From assembly GCA_964187785.1 (NCBI GenBank), contig OZ076417.1:24924001-24988000 (forward strand): a stretch of DNA of 64,000 nucleotides, given 5' to 3'. The notes beneath the pieces were generated by a model. The model made no database searches and was not told where the DNA came from. It saw only the letters and a program-made list of their open reading frames with translations. This DNA comes from Amphiscolops sp. MND2022. Its lineage: Eukaryota. Positions 1-12,529 of this stretch are shown here, one piece after another. Position 1 is the stretch's first letter. Every line of letters begins with the position of its first letter. Position numbers and translations under genes: made by a program.

Positions 1-1621
1 GCTGTGAAATGGAGATTGTGGAAGGTTTGAATCAGCTGTTTCAGAAATTTGGAAAACGATACGAGAGTGTGGTTTAGCGATGACATTTTTTGCCATGATT
101 CGAGACGGCGAATGTAGGCTGTTACAACGTGTTGCGGTGAACCGAAGCGAGACTCAAGTTCCGCTAGCGCGACGTTGTAGAAAGCAGGGTTACAAGAGTA
201 ACCTCGGATGAGGTCTTTCGCCTTTCCGGAAATGGAGTTTTGCAGGTAGGTGATTCAGTGAGTTTGTGAGATCGATCTGTTTTCGTGAACAGATGCTTTG
301 AAAATGTTGATCCAATCATGAAAGGCTAGAGGATCCCCATCGAATTTCGGAATCTGAACAGGCGGCAGTTTTATACAAGAGGCGGCGAACGGGTGTTGGG
401 TTGAAACAACTGGTACGATAGGGGCGGAGGTAACTGACTGCTGAATCGGCTGGTTGATACAATGAGGTTGTAACATGGGAGGACACTCGGTGGCTGGGTT
501 AGGAAAGGTCCGTGTTATCCATTTGGTGTTGGTGGCAAAGCAAATGTCAGGGTGAGCGGCAATGGGTTGCGTTACAGGCAGAAAAGTCTGGTGATTGGAC
601 GACGGACAAAACTGTGATAGCGGTTCAGCTGGAGGCAGAACTGATGAAGGTGGAAGATGTTGAAGATTGGCGCTTTGCATGGGGGTAACGGAAAGTGGGA
701 ATTGACCACCTGATATGATGGACGGACGCTGTTTGTCAAAACAGTGTCGAAAGTTGGTAGATGATAGTGGTGTAGGCTATGGTAGGTGGTGTAGACTATG
801 CGGCTAGTTGCAGTTGTTGAGGGTGAATGATGTGGCAAATGACAGGCAATACTTAGTGGTTGCTGTTGGTGAGGGAGAGTGACGACTGAGTTGTTCAACT
901 GCAGTGGTTGTCGCTGGCTAGGGAGATTGTCGGATGAGTTGTCCAAATGCGGTTCACAGATCTGTGAAGGAATGGCTTCAGAGGCCAAGTCCTGTTGTTC
1001 CGGATCGAACTCGGTGTTTCTTTGTATGTCTTCGGTGTAGGAAGGGTCCTGATGAGCGGTTGTAGAAACATGAGAGTTATCCAAACTTCCTAAGTGACGG
1101 GACAGCTCGGGACCCGTCATGTCCATGATATGCGTGGGAAGTTGTGGTTGTGATGGAGCGCGAGTTACAGGTTGTCCGGAGTTGATGAAAAACTGCGGCA
1201 GGCGTGTCGTGTTGTTGGGTGCGGTTGCGAAATCCTGCTGCTGTTGTGAAGCTGGATTGGTGGGTGCTGAAGGTGATTCTTCGCATCGGCGCTCGAAGGG
1301 AGCACAGGTTGATGAGCGACTTGGGCCGCTCTGGGTTAGATTATCGATTTTGTCAGCATAGTGTATAAGAATTAAAGAGAAGTCGGCTGACTTCCGCAGA
1401 AATGGCTCCAAGTCATCGAGCGTCATGAAGGCAGACATCTGTTCGGAGATTTCTTCAAGTTTGGCGGCGATAGTTTGCAACTGCGCAAGAATTTCACGCA
1501 GGCGCTGGATGTTGTTGTCCTCGGAGGTCAACTTCGATGCAAGGTAGTTCGAAGTTTTCTCAAACTTGCACTCCTGCAGTCGAAAGTGATTTTTGAGAGT
1601 GTCGATCTTCGGGTTCACCAT
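1..1621 (-). pseudogene. BEL/Pao gag, disrupted by a frameshift (~572-680) and a premature stop (255)
   Basis: Coiled-coil-like N-terminus, Pro/Ser/Thr-rich linker, PKFDGDP motif. Confidence 0.8.
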
Positions 1622-2218
1622 CGTTGATCGTAGTAGAAGTCAGACAGCTTACGGAAAGGGAACCGCTGCGAACCGTAAAGAAAAGAAATTCAAGGAGAGC
1701 AAAATGAAGTTTTTTCCTGTTCCGCCTTGAAATTTCGAACGAGCGACGGTTTGGGTCTGTACGGGCACCGTACGAAACGAACGGTCTGTTACTTACCTTT
1801 GCAGGACGGTAGTTGAAGAATCTGGACGGGACTGGACTTTCTACTTTGAAAAAAGTCGTGAAATGGAATGTGGAAAAAAATATAACAAGAACGACTAAGG
1901 CGTTTTGAGACCTCTAATCAGAGGTGTGCGTTCCGAGAATTTTTATAAATTGCCATTTTTCGTTCTCTAATCAGAGAAGGTTAATAAAGGAAGTTTTACA
2001 CTTGTATCACCCTAATATGTTTTAAGGAAAAAACTATTCAAAAAACCTTTCCCTACTCTCTACTCAATGCAGCTAGGTAAAGGCTTAAAAATGTTTTCGT
2101 GTATGGAGACTTTGAAGTGGCTAGCTAGGTTGTAGTGCACACTGGAGAGTAGCTGTAAGGATTGTCAATTCTGTTGTCGTTCGAAAAAAAACTTTTATGT
2201 TCGTTGAAGAACCATTTT

Positions 2219-2488
2219 TGTCCTTTGACTGACAGCGAGAAAGATTTTTGCTGCTTGAGGCGAGCGAGAAAAAGTTCCAAAAAAGGCTGCTTTGTGGAGT
2301 GGGAAGCAAAATCCTCGTACTGGAGATGAATTGTTGGCGCTGGGAACCACGAAAACTTGGAATGGACTAACCAAGTTTTCCAGAGAGAGCTCGGAAAAGA
2401 AACCTAAAGAATAATTTCTTCTGAGGTTGCAGCAGAATTTTATCAAAAAGGTTGGCTTTGAATGTCAAGTTGAAAGAGCGCCAAAACA
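2219..2488 (-). repeat. Probable 5' LTR of the BEL/Pao element (~270 bp)
   Basis: On the - strand it begins TGTTTTGGCGC and ends ...GGACA, followed after 4 nt by TGGTTCTTCAACGAAC (PBS-like, 2199-2214). The partner LTR is outside the window, so the boundaries are unconfirmed. Confidence 0.55.
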
Positions 2489-4609
2489 TATAAGAAACGT
2501 CTTATATTTCATTTATTGAGTCATCAGTACCATCAACAGTTTGAACAAAAGTATGAAAACAAACGTGAAAAGTCAGGAAGTAACGTTGAAAATAGTTTAG
2601 AGTTAATGTTGAGTCAATGTTGTGAATCATCATTGACAAATCGAACAAGACAAGAACGTCTCAAGTGGCGGCTACACTTAAGGCTCAAAAAGCGCAAAGT
2701 TTTAAACATACGCTCAGGACTGTTTTATGAACAACTCACAAAAAGTGTCGATACACCCAAAGAGTGCCTTTCGTGCTCGAAAAACACTTCAAAAGTTCGG
2801 ATGTAGCGTGCTGACCATCATGGAAGCGCTTTTATTGAAACTCGGCCTCATGATTAATAAACGCAATTTACTTCGGCTGTGAAAGGGGGATGTTTTAGAC
2901 TTTTCTAACAACCAATTAGTAACGAAACTTCAACAATAAAAAATTTTCAAAAAAGTTTCGTAGTGCCGAAAATAATCGAAAGGGTCCTTTAGTCTCGTCT
3001 CGTTACGACTGGCTAACGGAGTATTTTTCCGAACTGTCGTTTTTGATTTCATAGATGTTGATGTAGTTGTGATGAAGGTTTTTCAGCCTCAGAGTCAGAG
3101 TTTTTCAGGTTTTGGAGATTGGAAGTTTTCTCAACAGTAGAAGCTACCATTTTCAACATCGCCTTTTGATTTTCAGCTGAGATTTTAGTGAGATCAGACA
3201 TGATTTCCTATCTGAGTGACGGTTTCATCTCGTCAAAATTTCCAGCTGTACTATTGGAGATTTTCTACCACCAGCAAAGCGATTCTCATTTGCATTATTT
3301 TCTGTAGGTATTAGAGTTTTGAGATCTGCTGAGACAAAATCCTGAACAGCTTTTCTTTTTTTTCTTGTCATTTTCCATTGAGACAAAGAAAAAATCTTTG
3401 GAGAGTTTGAATTCTTCAAAGAAATTGATTTTCGCGAACAACGATTGTACAATGGAGGTTACTAACTGATTGGTTTTTACACTTCAACCTTTCTAGCATC
3501 ATTTGTTCCACGCCTAAAATATCCTAGGTATCCTGAAAATCGGGTTTGTTCACTAAAAACCCTGTTCAGTCATATCATTTCAGTCCCGCGTCCCAAAACC
3601 AGGCATCGAAATTCCTAGTTGCGGCAAATATTTGTCATCTTTGTTGATATCATTTTTGTTCAGTCCGATATTTTTCCTGTTTAACTATTGAAATGGAGGC
3701 AAAACAAAATTCTCTTTGAATTTCTATCGATGTAAGCACGCACTCGTGATCAATTACCCAACTTCCAAGCTAGTAGTTCGGGACGATCGAGACAAAGTTA
3801 TGTCTAGCAGAAAAAGGCAACGCAACTAGAACGATGCAAATAGTCCTCAAAGGCGGAAACAGTGTTACAGAGGAGAAAGAAACCACACTAGAATACAAGA
3901 ATACAATATCTTTGGCTAAATACGTTCCATGGGCCGTTACATGCACACTCGGGTTAACATAACTCCAACACATTCGACTGCAAATACAACAGCCAGGCAT
4001 CAACGCTATTATTCCGCTCAGCTAGTCATACAATATATCAGCCTTGCTGTAACCCGCGTCCATTACGTTGCATTTTTTGCTTAGATTACATGATTGTATT
4101 CTCAGTAAAACTTGACAACTGAGACTCCTTCGAACCAAATGTGTTGTGCCATTTTGGATATTTGTTTCATTTCAGGTTGTATGATCCGTTGGGATCACGG
4201 ATCAAATGTTGTTTTCAAAGTTTTTTAGGTCGAAGAATTAGTTTCCTTTTTGGATTTTATATTCTCATTTTGATGTTCAGATCGGTACAAAAATTGCCAA
4301 GTAATTAAACTCGAAATGAGACATAATTTTGCTTGGAATGTTAGACCGAAAGATTTAGTTTGGAAATTCACTTAGCGCAAACTCTGCGTAGCGTGTACGT
4401 TGACTTTTGTATTCTAAATTCTCTTACAAATCATCTAGCTGTGCTGTAAGTAAAATTTAAACTATCTTTAAGTTTTTTGATACTTCCGTGTACTCGTGAG
4501 TTTCTATGAATGCCATGAAGGCGAGAATTACACAAGCCGGGAGCGAGATACGACACTATAGTCTGCCCATGAGGAGTAAAACTGCATGGGAAGAGCAATT
4601 GTGAGCAGA

Positions 4610-5200
4610 ACTAACCAGGGGCAGTGTTTCTCAATCTTTTTTGCAAAGCCTTGGACTCATCATGAAGCGTGTCAAACTTTCATTTCTTCCAAGCATCGAG
4701 TCTTCTAGATATAGTTTCATGACAGAACCATCGTTTGTGTCTTTGGTTCTTGCAAGGATCATGTGCTGCTTTGTCACTGTAGCGTGGATTGTTACTTCCT
4801 ATTGCTCATGAGCATTCACTGTTCATGACCAAATCATGTGACCGAGCTTGTCCTTGCTGAGCCAAAAGAAAATTGTTCGCCAGTGATTTGTTTGCTGAGG
4901 ATCGTTTGCAATTTTTCGAGGTGATGAGGCTTGATTTCGCTCCGAAAGTCTGTGGGAGATGTGTTTTGAGAGGATGTTGCTTCTGAACTGGGCGGCAAAA
5001 GAACTGCTTCGGCACAGTGTTCGGCTTGGCAGAACTTGAAGCTGACGTCTTCATGGTGGTATTTGCGACTTGGTAGACCACAGGATGGGACGTAAAATAA
5101 CTAGCGCATGTTTAGCAACAAAGTCCGCCGCTTCAAAGATGTATTATTCAAATTGAGCAATGGCTTCGTTCACTTATTTCATTGAAGAAGGCAATTTCAA
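4610..5200 (-). mobile_element. Degenerate N-terminal fragment of a CRE-like (REL-endonuclease) non-LTR retrotransposon
   Basis: Frameshifted translation MILARTKD...ETISRRLDAWKK*KFDTLHDESKALQKRL resembles the RRL..WK.G.F..L..E...IQ.RL block upstream of RT in animal CRE-like ORFs. Confidence 0.4.
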
Positions 5201-5509
5201 ATTAAAAGAACATTGAAATCACACTGGTAAGAATTGATGTGAAGTGTTCGTTCCCGAAAAAGTTGGAAAGAACTCTATCGCTACAAAACATGCTAATCGA
5301 AATGACATGTACGACCTTGATCCAACTACTTGAGTCTAAACCAATTAAATGTAACTTTTAGATCTCATTTGATCTAAAGCTCTTGGGTCTAAATCCTTCA
5401 TGATCTGATATGTCTTCCTTTTAGGTAAACGAATACTTTATGTCATCTGGCTGAAAATCACACGAGTTAAAAACGCTTGTTAGATTTTGACGGAATTAAT
5501 ATCATAGTC

Positions 5510-5640
5510 AGCTATGTTCACATATCCCTAGTGCCCTAAATGCAGGTGTGGTCCGAAGAAGACCGACGTGATATTTGGCTATCTTCATTGTTGCTATTTG
5601 GCGAAAGGATCGAAGCGACCAAGCTATACAGCATATATGC
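5510..5640 (+). repeat. Diverged dispersed repeat module, homologous to 12900-13017 and 14997-15114
   Basis: TATGTTCACATAYCCCTAGT..CCTAAATGCAGG...TGTTGCTA.TTGGCGA...CGAAGCGACC aligns by eye with the sequence left of the Copia LTRs. Confidence 0.6.
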
Positions 5641-5806
5641 TAAACATTCCGTAGTTTTTGCGTTTCTTGAACATTTCGTTCAAAATTCAATACAAATTTG
5701 GTCTTTATTATGGATGTTTTTAGCCATTGCTTGAGTTAGAATGGTTTTGGCTAAATTCTGTGTTTTTTTCGGCCCAAAAACTAAGTATAGAAATCGCTGT
5801 TTGATG

Positions 5807-5970
5807 AAACAGTGTCATTAAAACATATATTTCATACAATGATCCCCTGAAACAAAATGATACTTCAAAAAACATATATACATTATAAGATTCTGTAATA
5901 ATGGAGTTTACGACATTGTACATCTCCCTCCCCCTGCAGTCCGAACTGGTCGTAGTAGATCGGCGAGGAC
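5807..5970 (-). repeat. LTR start + PPT + pol tail, roughly 80% similar (by eye) to 10498-10665
   Basis: Both copies read CAGTGTCATTAAAACAT...GAGTTTACGACATTGTACATCTCCCTCCCCCTGC on the + strand. Confidence 0.8.
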
Positions 5971-8900
5971 TGTCAGAATCGAATGTAGATGGAGACACGG
6001 TCGTCAACTTTGAGGGGTTGCAGCCGAACCGTGTGTTCGGTGAGGCGTTCAGCATTTCTGACGTTTCTAGCACGCATTGACTTTTTTCTGGCAAGTGATG
6101 TTTTTATCCAGGAGTCTGTACGACTGTACGAACCGGGCAGAATGGGGATGAAGTCATATAGGGGTCGTTCAAAGGTCATCTGTGCAGTGGATTTACCGGT
6201 ATCACGGACGGGGGTGCTGCTGTATTCTAGCTTGCCTCTTTAAAATTTGTCGAGGTTGATCTCGTTGTTTGGGCCAGTGTTGTCCATAAGAATGTGCTCG
6301 CAGGTCTTGACCCCGAGCTCGGCGCGATGGTTTGAATGGGAAAGCGCAACAGATAAGAGGCGATGATGGACACCCCAGGTTGTCAACAGTCGTTGTGTCT
6401 CCTCAGCCGTCAATTCAGGTGCGCCATCTGAAGACAGTTCGTCTGCACTGCCGTATGTGACGAGAATTTCGCGAAGGCATTTTACAAACCGGAATAACCT
6501 TCTTGGGAATGCTGCTCAATCGGCCAACCAGAATATGGGTCCACAAACCACCATTTAATTGCAGCCTTTGTATTTGAAGTAATCCGGACAGATGCACTGG
6601 AAAAGGTAAACTGTTTCTTGAGCCACAAGCAGACGGCCATGAGGAATACTGGGTGCACGCTCGTTGCATGACCGGCACCGGGCTTTCATGGTTGCAATCG
6701 ACGGCGTAATGACCGGCCAAAAAACACTAGATTCCGCCCTGGAAGTCATGCAGGAGACACCTTGATGAGCGGAATGCAGTGTGTCTAGGATTAGTGCTCT
6801 TAGTGGTCATGGGATAACAGTCCTGTTGATCTATTAAATTACTCCATCTACTGTACTGAGCCCATCCTTGAATTAGAAGAAGTCCCGTTTACCAGGGGCA
6901 AGATCAAATTGTGAGGTAGTTTACTGGATACCATCTTCGATCTTTTCTCGGTGATTTTGTAGATTGCCATCTCGTAGGGTGTGTTCTCGGACCTCGGCCC
7001 ATGTAACGGCGTGGATGTCGAGGAGATTGGTTGTCGCAGCAACGGCAAGTTTTTCTTGTAGATCCGCAGATGTGTCGGGTTCCCACGTCATGATGGCCTC
7101 GGGTTGACTGAGACGCGGTTCAATACAAGCGATGGAGTCCAACGCTTCGAAATCGGGATCCAGGGGAATTTTATTGTATCACCAGTGAGTTTCCACGAGT
7201 TTCCACCCGACGCCTTTTGTTTCTGCTCGGGTATATGGATGGTAGAGAAGCGGTATGGCAGCGTCCCCCCCTTGAGTGACAATAGTCTTCCGTTCTTGAT
7301 ATCGCCGAGGTGCATGTTGTTGAGAACCCCGAGTTGCAGCTTGTGGTCAGTAGCTAATAACAAAATGTCGCAACTGGGTAGGAAGTGACGGGCGAACAAC
7401 AATCCATAAACCACAGCCAATGCTTCCTCTTCAATCGGAGCATATTTTGATTCTGCAGGGTGTGTGAACCTGCTACCCGCGAACACTATATTCCATCCCA
7501 TTGAGCAACAGACAGTAGTGACGATTTCATAAGTGCTGTACTTCTGCAAGAGCCAGAAATCGATGCCTTTTTTGAACCAATCTGTGGCTAGACATGCGAC
7601 ACGTTTGGAGTCGAATAACCGGACAACCCGGTGAGTTTGTCCAGTATAGCAGCTTGTATTACTTAAAGACTTGCTGTAGCTGATCATCCCAATAGAACGT
7701 TGACGGCGGCTTGAGGTATTTGGGGAAAGGTGCCATTGCCAAAGGAATCTCAGTGTAACACTGAGTTGATGAGGCCGAACTAAAATCGGATGTCAGTGAT
7801 GTTTTGTGGCATAGGAAAGTCAAAAGTCACGGATTGCGCATATGATTGTCACTGTGCTGGATATCGGTCGGAGTGATGACGAAGCCAGCAAACCCCACCG
7901 TGTCGGAGCCAAATACAATAATGTCGGGATTCTGCACAATTCTGCATCGACAGCATTTGTCTAGACAGCGACATGTTTGAAAGAAGCATGTGTCACCGAT
8001 GAATTTGGTTTTGTTGGGAAAGTCATTGACAATCTAGTCGAATCTTGTGGTGTTCCTGTCCTGTGACGCCGCGTAGCCCATTGGACAAATTTTTATCGGT
8101 ACCGGCCTTGAGGCGTCATGAAAGTAGTGAGGTGGCGATCTTCTTCCCGGATTGGCACACTGTGGTACCCGTTCGAAGCATCGGTGATCGTCTTCTTGGT
8201 CCCTGAAGGTACCTGCGTGAAACGGGAATTGGATGTGGTGTGTTTCACGGACAAAAAGTTTGTTGAGCACCTGCATGTCCACTGTGCGCGGTGGTCACTT
8301 TTCATCTGAGCCGTGACCAGTCGATGGCACCAAATAACCGGTTCTCCAACTGGAACAGCCCCCAGGACCCCGAGTTTGACATCTCTGTATATAGACTCCT
8401 TCACGTCCTGTTGCCAGTGTAGAGTGACTGGAATGGGTTTGTGGACTGCGATCGTCTTGGCCTTGGGGTCGACTTGGCGTTCCAGCAGCGGGCCCTCCAT
8501 CAGATAGAGTGTTTGCCATTCGCATGTACTGAAAGTGCTGGATCGATATCTATATAGTATCCAATTCTGGAGAACAGCTCGGTTGGCGTCAGTTGCTGGG
8601 AAAGGTAGAGCAGTTGGTTATGGTGACGGGTTATTGAGTAAATGACAGGAGCAGTCGCACTTCTCATCGGGTGGGCTTGCTGCAGCTGAACTGACTGACA
8701 TGGTTGCTGAGTGGCTGACCCGATGCGCGGGAAGTCGCTCGGGATTTTTTCCCAGTGTTGTACAGGCTTCTCGACTCACGTATTCAAATCTATCACGTCT
8801 GTCACATAGTATATTTGTGCCGTCTCTAGTACTTTGTCAGACCCCGACTGTCCGGTCAGTCGTAGGAAACGTGCCTCTAGAATCAGGAAGACGTCACGAT

Positions 8901-10340
8901 TCACCGTCGACATTTTTGTTTTCACGGGAATGATTTTTGAAAACTGAGAAGGACCTAATATCTGAAACGCGTCCTGTGGGTGATTTTCATCCCATTCAGG
9001 ACAGAGTAACAACCGGTATCAGTCGTCCCGGCTAACGTAATCTGGCGTGTCCGTATGTGAAGGTGGTACCCCAGCTCCTCATAGTCTTTGATTTGAGAGC
9101 GGGCGGTGAGATAGATCACCAGCCCTTTTGATCCAGCCATTGCTGTCGTCGAAAATGTGGTGGTCAAGGACAAACGCCCGTTGACCGGTCTTATTGGAGG
9201 TGACCGTGCAGACTACCCGGAAGTTCCACATTTTGTGAAAGACAGTGTTCGATTCATCCACATTATTCGTTGTGTATTGACCAGACTTTTTGGGTTTAGA
9301 CCCACATACGTTCGCTAAATGGTTATTCTTGTTACACTTCGAACAACTTTTGTTCCAGACCTCGCACTTCTCCTTCCTAGATTGTGTATCGCGGCCATCA
9401 CCATGGCCTGGTTTCCCGCAATTCCTGCGTTTGACTACGTGTTGGTCTCTGTCTAGCTGTGTATAGGAGGATACTGTCGCAGCACACGGATTCTGGAGAG
9501 TTACTTGTGATCGTTTATCAGCTTCTTTAGTCTCTACAATTTTGATTGTATATTCCAGGGTCATGTCGTGGTCGTTTTGTCCCAGTACATCTGGATGGAT
9601 ATCACTGTCGCCAAGTCCTGTATTTAGGCCGTCACGGACCAGGTCGTCGGTGTAATTGACTGCTTCAGATGTGTTGTAAGAGCAGACTTTCGAGAACTTG
9701 CAGACCATAGCTTGACCTCGTAAGCGAGCGGCAAAATCCCTACCACCCTCCTCTCTGTCCTGTTCATCATGGTGTTCTCAGCCTTCACGGCTAGAGTCTT
9801 GATTGCTGCCAGAGCATTTGTCTCAGTTGCCGTGGCGATGTTTGAGTGGGAGCGGTGGAGGTCCGTCCCGGCGTAGACTGTCTTCACAATATTCGAGGAG
9901 CTGTAAAGTGGCGTCATGGTCAGCTTTGCGTGTGGCTGTCTTGTAGGCGTCCCACCTGGTGATGAAGTACGCCCAGTCTCAATCGTGCTCTCTTTAGACA
10001 CTTTTGGGCGAGAAAATTTGTCAGGTTCAGCCTCTTGACAGCGCCGGGGGCATGTGAATACCCGTGCATCGTGAAAAGTACAATTGCTTGAGCCGCTTCA
10101 AAATCCCTCGTGGCGTAGGCACTAAATTTCCCCATTGAAGGATGTACGTACATCCTTCAATAGGAAATTTTAGCACCACTTTTATTAGCGGACACGTTCA
10201 CTAGTCGACTTTATGATAGGTGCACCGATACGTGATGCTCCCAATTTAGATAAAGGAACGGGTTTGAAGTACACGATACAGGATACTTCAAGGACAGATA
10301 AAAAATACGCTTGAAGCACACGCTACGTGATGCTCCGAGG
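5807..10340 (-). mobile_element. Ty3/Gypsy LTR retrotransposon A, heavily degenerate (gag-PR-RT-RNaseH-IN, PPT, partial 3' LTR)
   Basis: gag zinc knuckle (CSKCNKNNHLANVC); RT (HKPIPVTLHWQQDVK...GYHSVPIREEDRHLTTFMTPQGRYR); RNase H (LATDW...YAPIEEEALAVVYGL...TDHK); integrase zinc finger (HSAHQG...VFWP...CRSC); PPT GGGGGAGGGAGA before TGTACA at 5922. Many stops and frameshifts; the right boundary is approximate. Confidence 0.9.
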
Positions 10341-10497
10341 TGAAATTCATGAGCAATACAGTTGTAGTTCTGAACCAGTTCAGGCTGAGTTTGGGAAAGA
10401 AGTAGAAGCTCCTTGTTGTTTGCAGGATCTTCGTAGATTGCAGAAGTTGCTCGTCGACCTACTGAGAATAGGGGGTCATCTAAAACCTCTTTTGCAG

Positions 10498-11314
10498 AAA
10501 CAGTGTCATTAAAACATTCATTTCTTACAATGACCCTCTGAAATGAGACGATACTTCAAAATACATCTATACATTAGAAGACTCAGTTATAATAGAGTTT
10601 ACGACATTGTACATCTCCCTCCCCCTGCGGTCCGTACTGCTCGTAGTAGATCGGGGAGGACTGTCAGAATCAAAGGTAGTCACCGAGTTACGCAGCGGGT
10701 CGCTTGTCTCTCTGGGACCGTCTTGGGGAGTCTGTGGGGTATCCCGGGGAGTCTTTGCTAGGGTGACCTGGTTTCGTTAAGCTTATCACAAAAATTGGAC
10801 ACCTTGTCTGGTGATCCAGCAGAAAAGATGTGGGGCATGATACCTCTGTCCAGCAAAGGCTCGTTTTCATCGCTGAGGTGAGCATGATTTGGAGGGCAGT
10901 TGTACTTGAATGGGGTTTCAATTGTAATTGTCGGTGTCTCTGTGGGGCGCTGTATATACTGTAAATCGGTCAGAACTTGAGGCTTTGTTTCCAGTTGCGG
11001 TGTTCGTGGCATTGCTGTAGGTGGATCTTGTGCCTGTTCTCCTGGGTTTGTTCTTTGATTCGCGGGAGAAAGATTGTTGGCGTTGTTGGCAGTTTTCAAA
11101 GCATGAATGTTGCGGGTAGTACCGAATATGCGGTCACAACGATCTTGTCGAACTTCCGTAGAAATTTCCGATTCCGGAGAGTAACTCTGCCCGCGCTCTC
11201 CACTCTGACGGCGTACTGGTGAACTTGTTTCACTTGTATGTGAAGACAGCTGACTACTAAAATAGTAATTCGGTTTTGAAAACTTGGTGATGAACTGCAG
11301 GTTTTAATAATCAC
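10498..11314 (-). mobile_element. Ty3/Gypsy element B: integrase C-terminus, PPT and 3' LTR start, abutting element A
   Basis: QYAVRVESAGRVTLRNRKFLRKF motif (ORF 11096-11314), Pro/Thr-rich tail, PPT and TGTACA LTR start at 10613. Confidence 0.8.
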
Positions 11315-11321
11315 AGAAATC

Positions 11322-12529
11322 TAGGGGCGGGAATAACGTCTAAGGAATAACGTCTAAAGGAATAACGTCTAAATTTTGCTCATTTTTCAGGAATAACGTC
11401 TGAAGATTCAGACGTTATTCCCGTTTTTTAGATGATATTCCCGATTTTGAAATACTGTTTCTTGTGCTGAAATGTTCTTCCCTTGCTCTAGTTTTCAAGA
11501 ATGAACTATGAAATAATGGAAGGCCACGCAATACGGGCAAAAGTCTGTGTCTGATGGGTATTTGTACCTAAATTGAAAAAAGACGTCCAAAATATCAAAA
11601 AACTATGCAAATACGTCCGAAAAAAGGGAATAACGTAAAAAAATCCAGAAAAAACGCCCGAAATTTCCAAAAGTCTTGGCAAAACACGACTGAGAAACGG
11701 GAAAAACACATGAAATTGGACAAAAAACAAATCGTTGAAGATCTAAAACTAAAAAGTGATAAAAAATATAAAACGGGCCTCGGATATGTCCCCATTCCTT
11801 CTAGTGCCCCTATGCATTCTGAAGGGTCTTCCAAGTGACTTCGACAATGTGGTGGCAGTCCTCAACTTCGGCACAGCAAAGGGGTACTACGAGATGAAGC
11901 AGGACTTGGTCAACTTCGCAGCAACCAGGGGTCTCTGTGTTTCCAGCGAGACATCGATGACAGCATTTCACTCAGCCGGGAGGAAGCCTCCAAAGTGCTT
12001 CAAGTGTGAAAAGACGGGGCCGCTTATGTTCCCATCTTGCTACGCGAGGTCGAACAGGAGCAAAGACCTTGGAAACGGAAATCGCGAAGCGATCGTAGTG
12101 GGAGCTGGTCCTTGCGACGGTGAGGGCGAGCGTGCATACTCCGCATATGCCCCACATTTTGTCTTTTTTGGTACCAGAAAGACTTTTTCGAAACAGGAAT
12201 AACTTCTAAAACTTTAGACGCTAGTCTCAAAAATTGATTTATTTTAGACGTTGTTCGCGTATTGTCTTTAGATGTTATTACTCCCCTGCCACGTATTTTG
12301 ATCTTTCGACATTTTAGACCTATTTGCCAATTTTAGATGTTATTCCCGTTTTCCAGACGTATTTTAATGGTTTTTTTGACATTTTAAACGTATGTCAGTT
12401 TTAGACGTTATTCCTTTTTTAGACGTTAATCCGGTTTTTTTAGACGTTATTCCCGTTCATTTTAGATTTAGAAGTTATTCCTTTAGACGTTATTCCCGGT
12501 GGACTTTTAGACGTTATTCCTGTTCCCCA
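11322..12529. mobile_element. hAT-like MITE with arms made of GAATAACGTCTAA repeats; centre interrupted by a Copia gag fragment
   Basis: Left end TAGGGGCGGGAATAACGTCTAA; right end TTAGACGTTATTCCTGTTCCCCA (inverted); flanks CAGAAATC/GAGAAACC match 6/8 as a putative 8-bp TSD. Confidence 0.65.

Larger units (their letters stand above)
1..2488 (-). mobile_element. BEL/Pao LTR retrotransposon, 5' part (5' LTR, leader, gag); continues beyond the left window edge
   Basis: ORFs 572-1621 and 255-680 join by frameshift into a gag with the DUF1759-type motif QIPKFDGDPLAFHDWINIF. The frame continues past a TGA at 255 (ITYLQNSISGKAKDLIRGY...). A candidate LTR and PBS lie upstream. Confidence 0.85.

Noticed and set aside
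3000-4500. Short ORFs and possible exons between the BEL element and the CRE fragment
   Set aside because: No consistent splice structure or protein motif could be supported.
4545-4561. ATACGACACTATAG resembles T7/SP6 promoter ends
   Set aside because: Only a partial match with no other vector sequence; consistent with chance.
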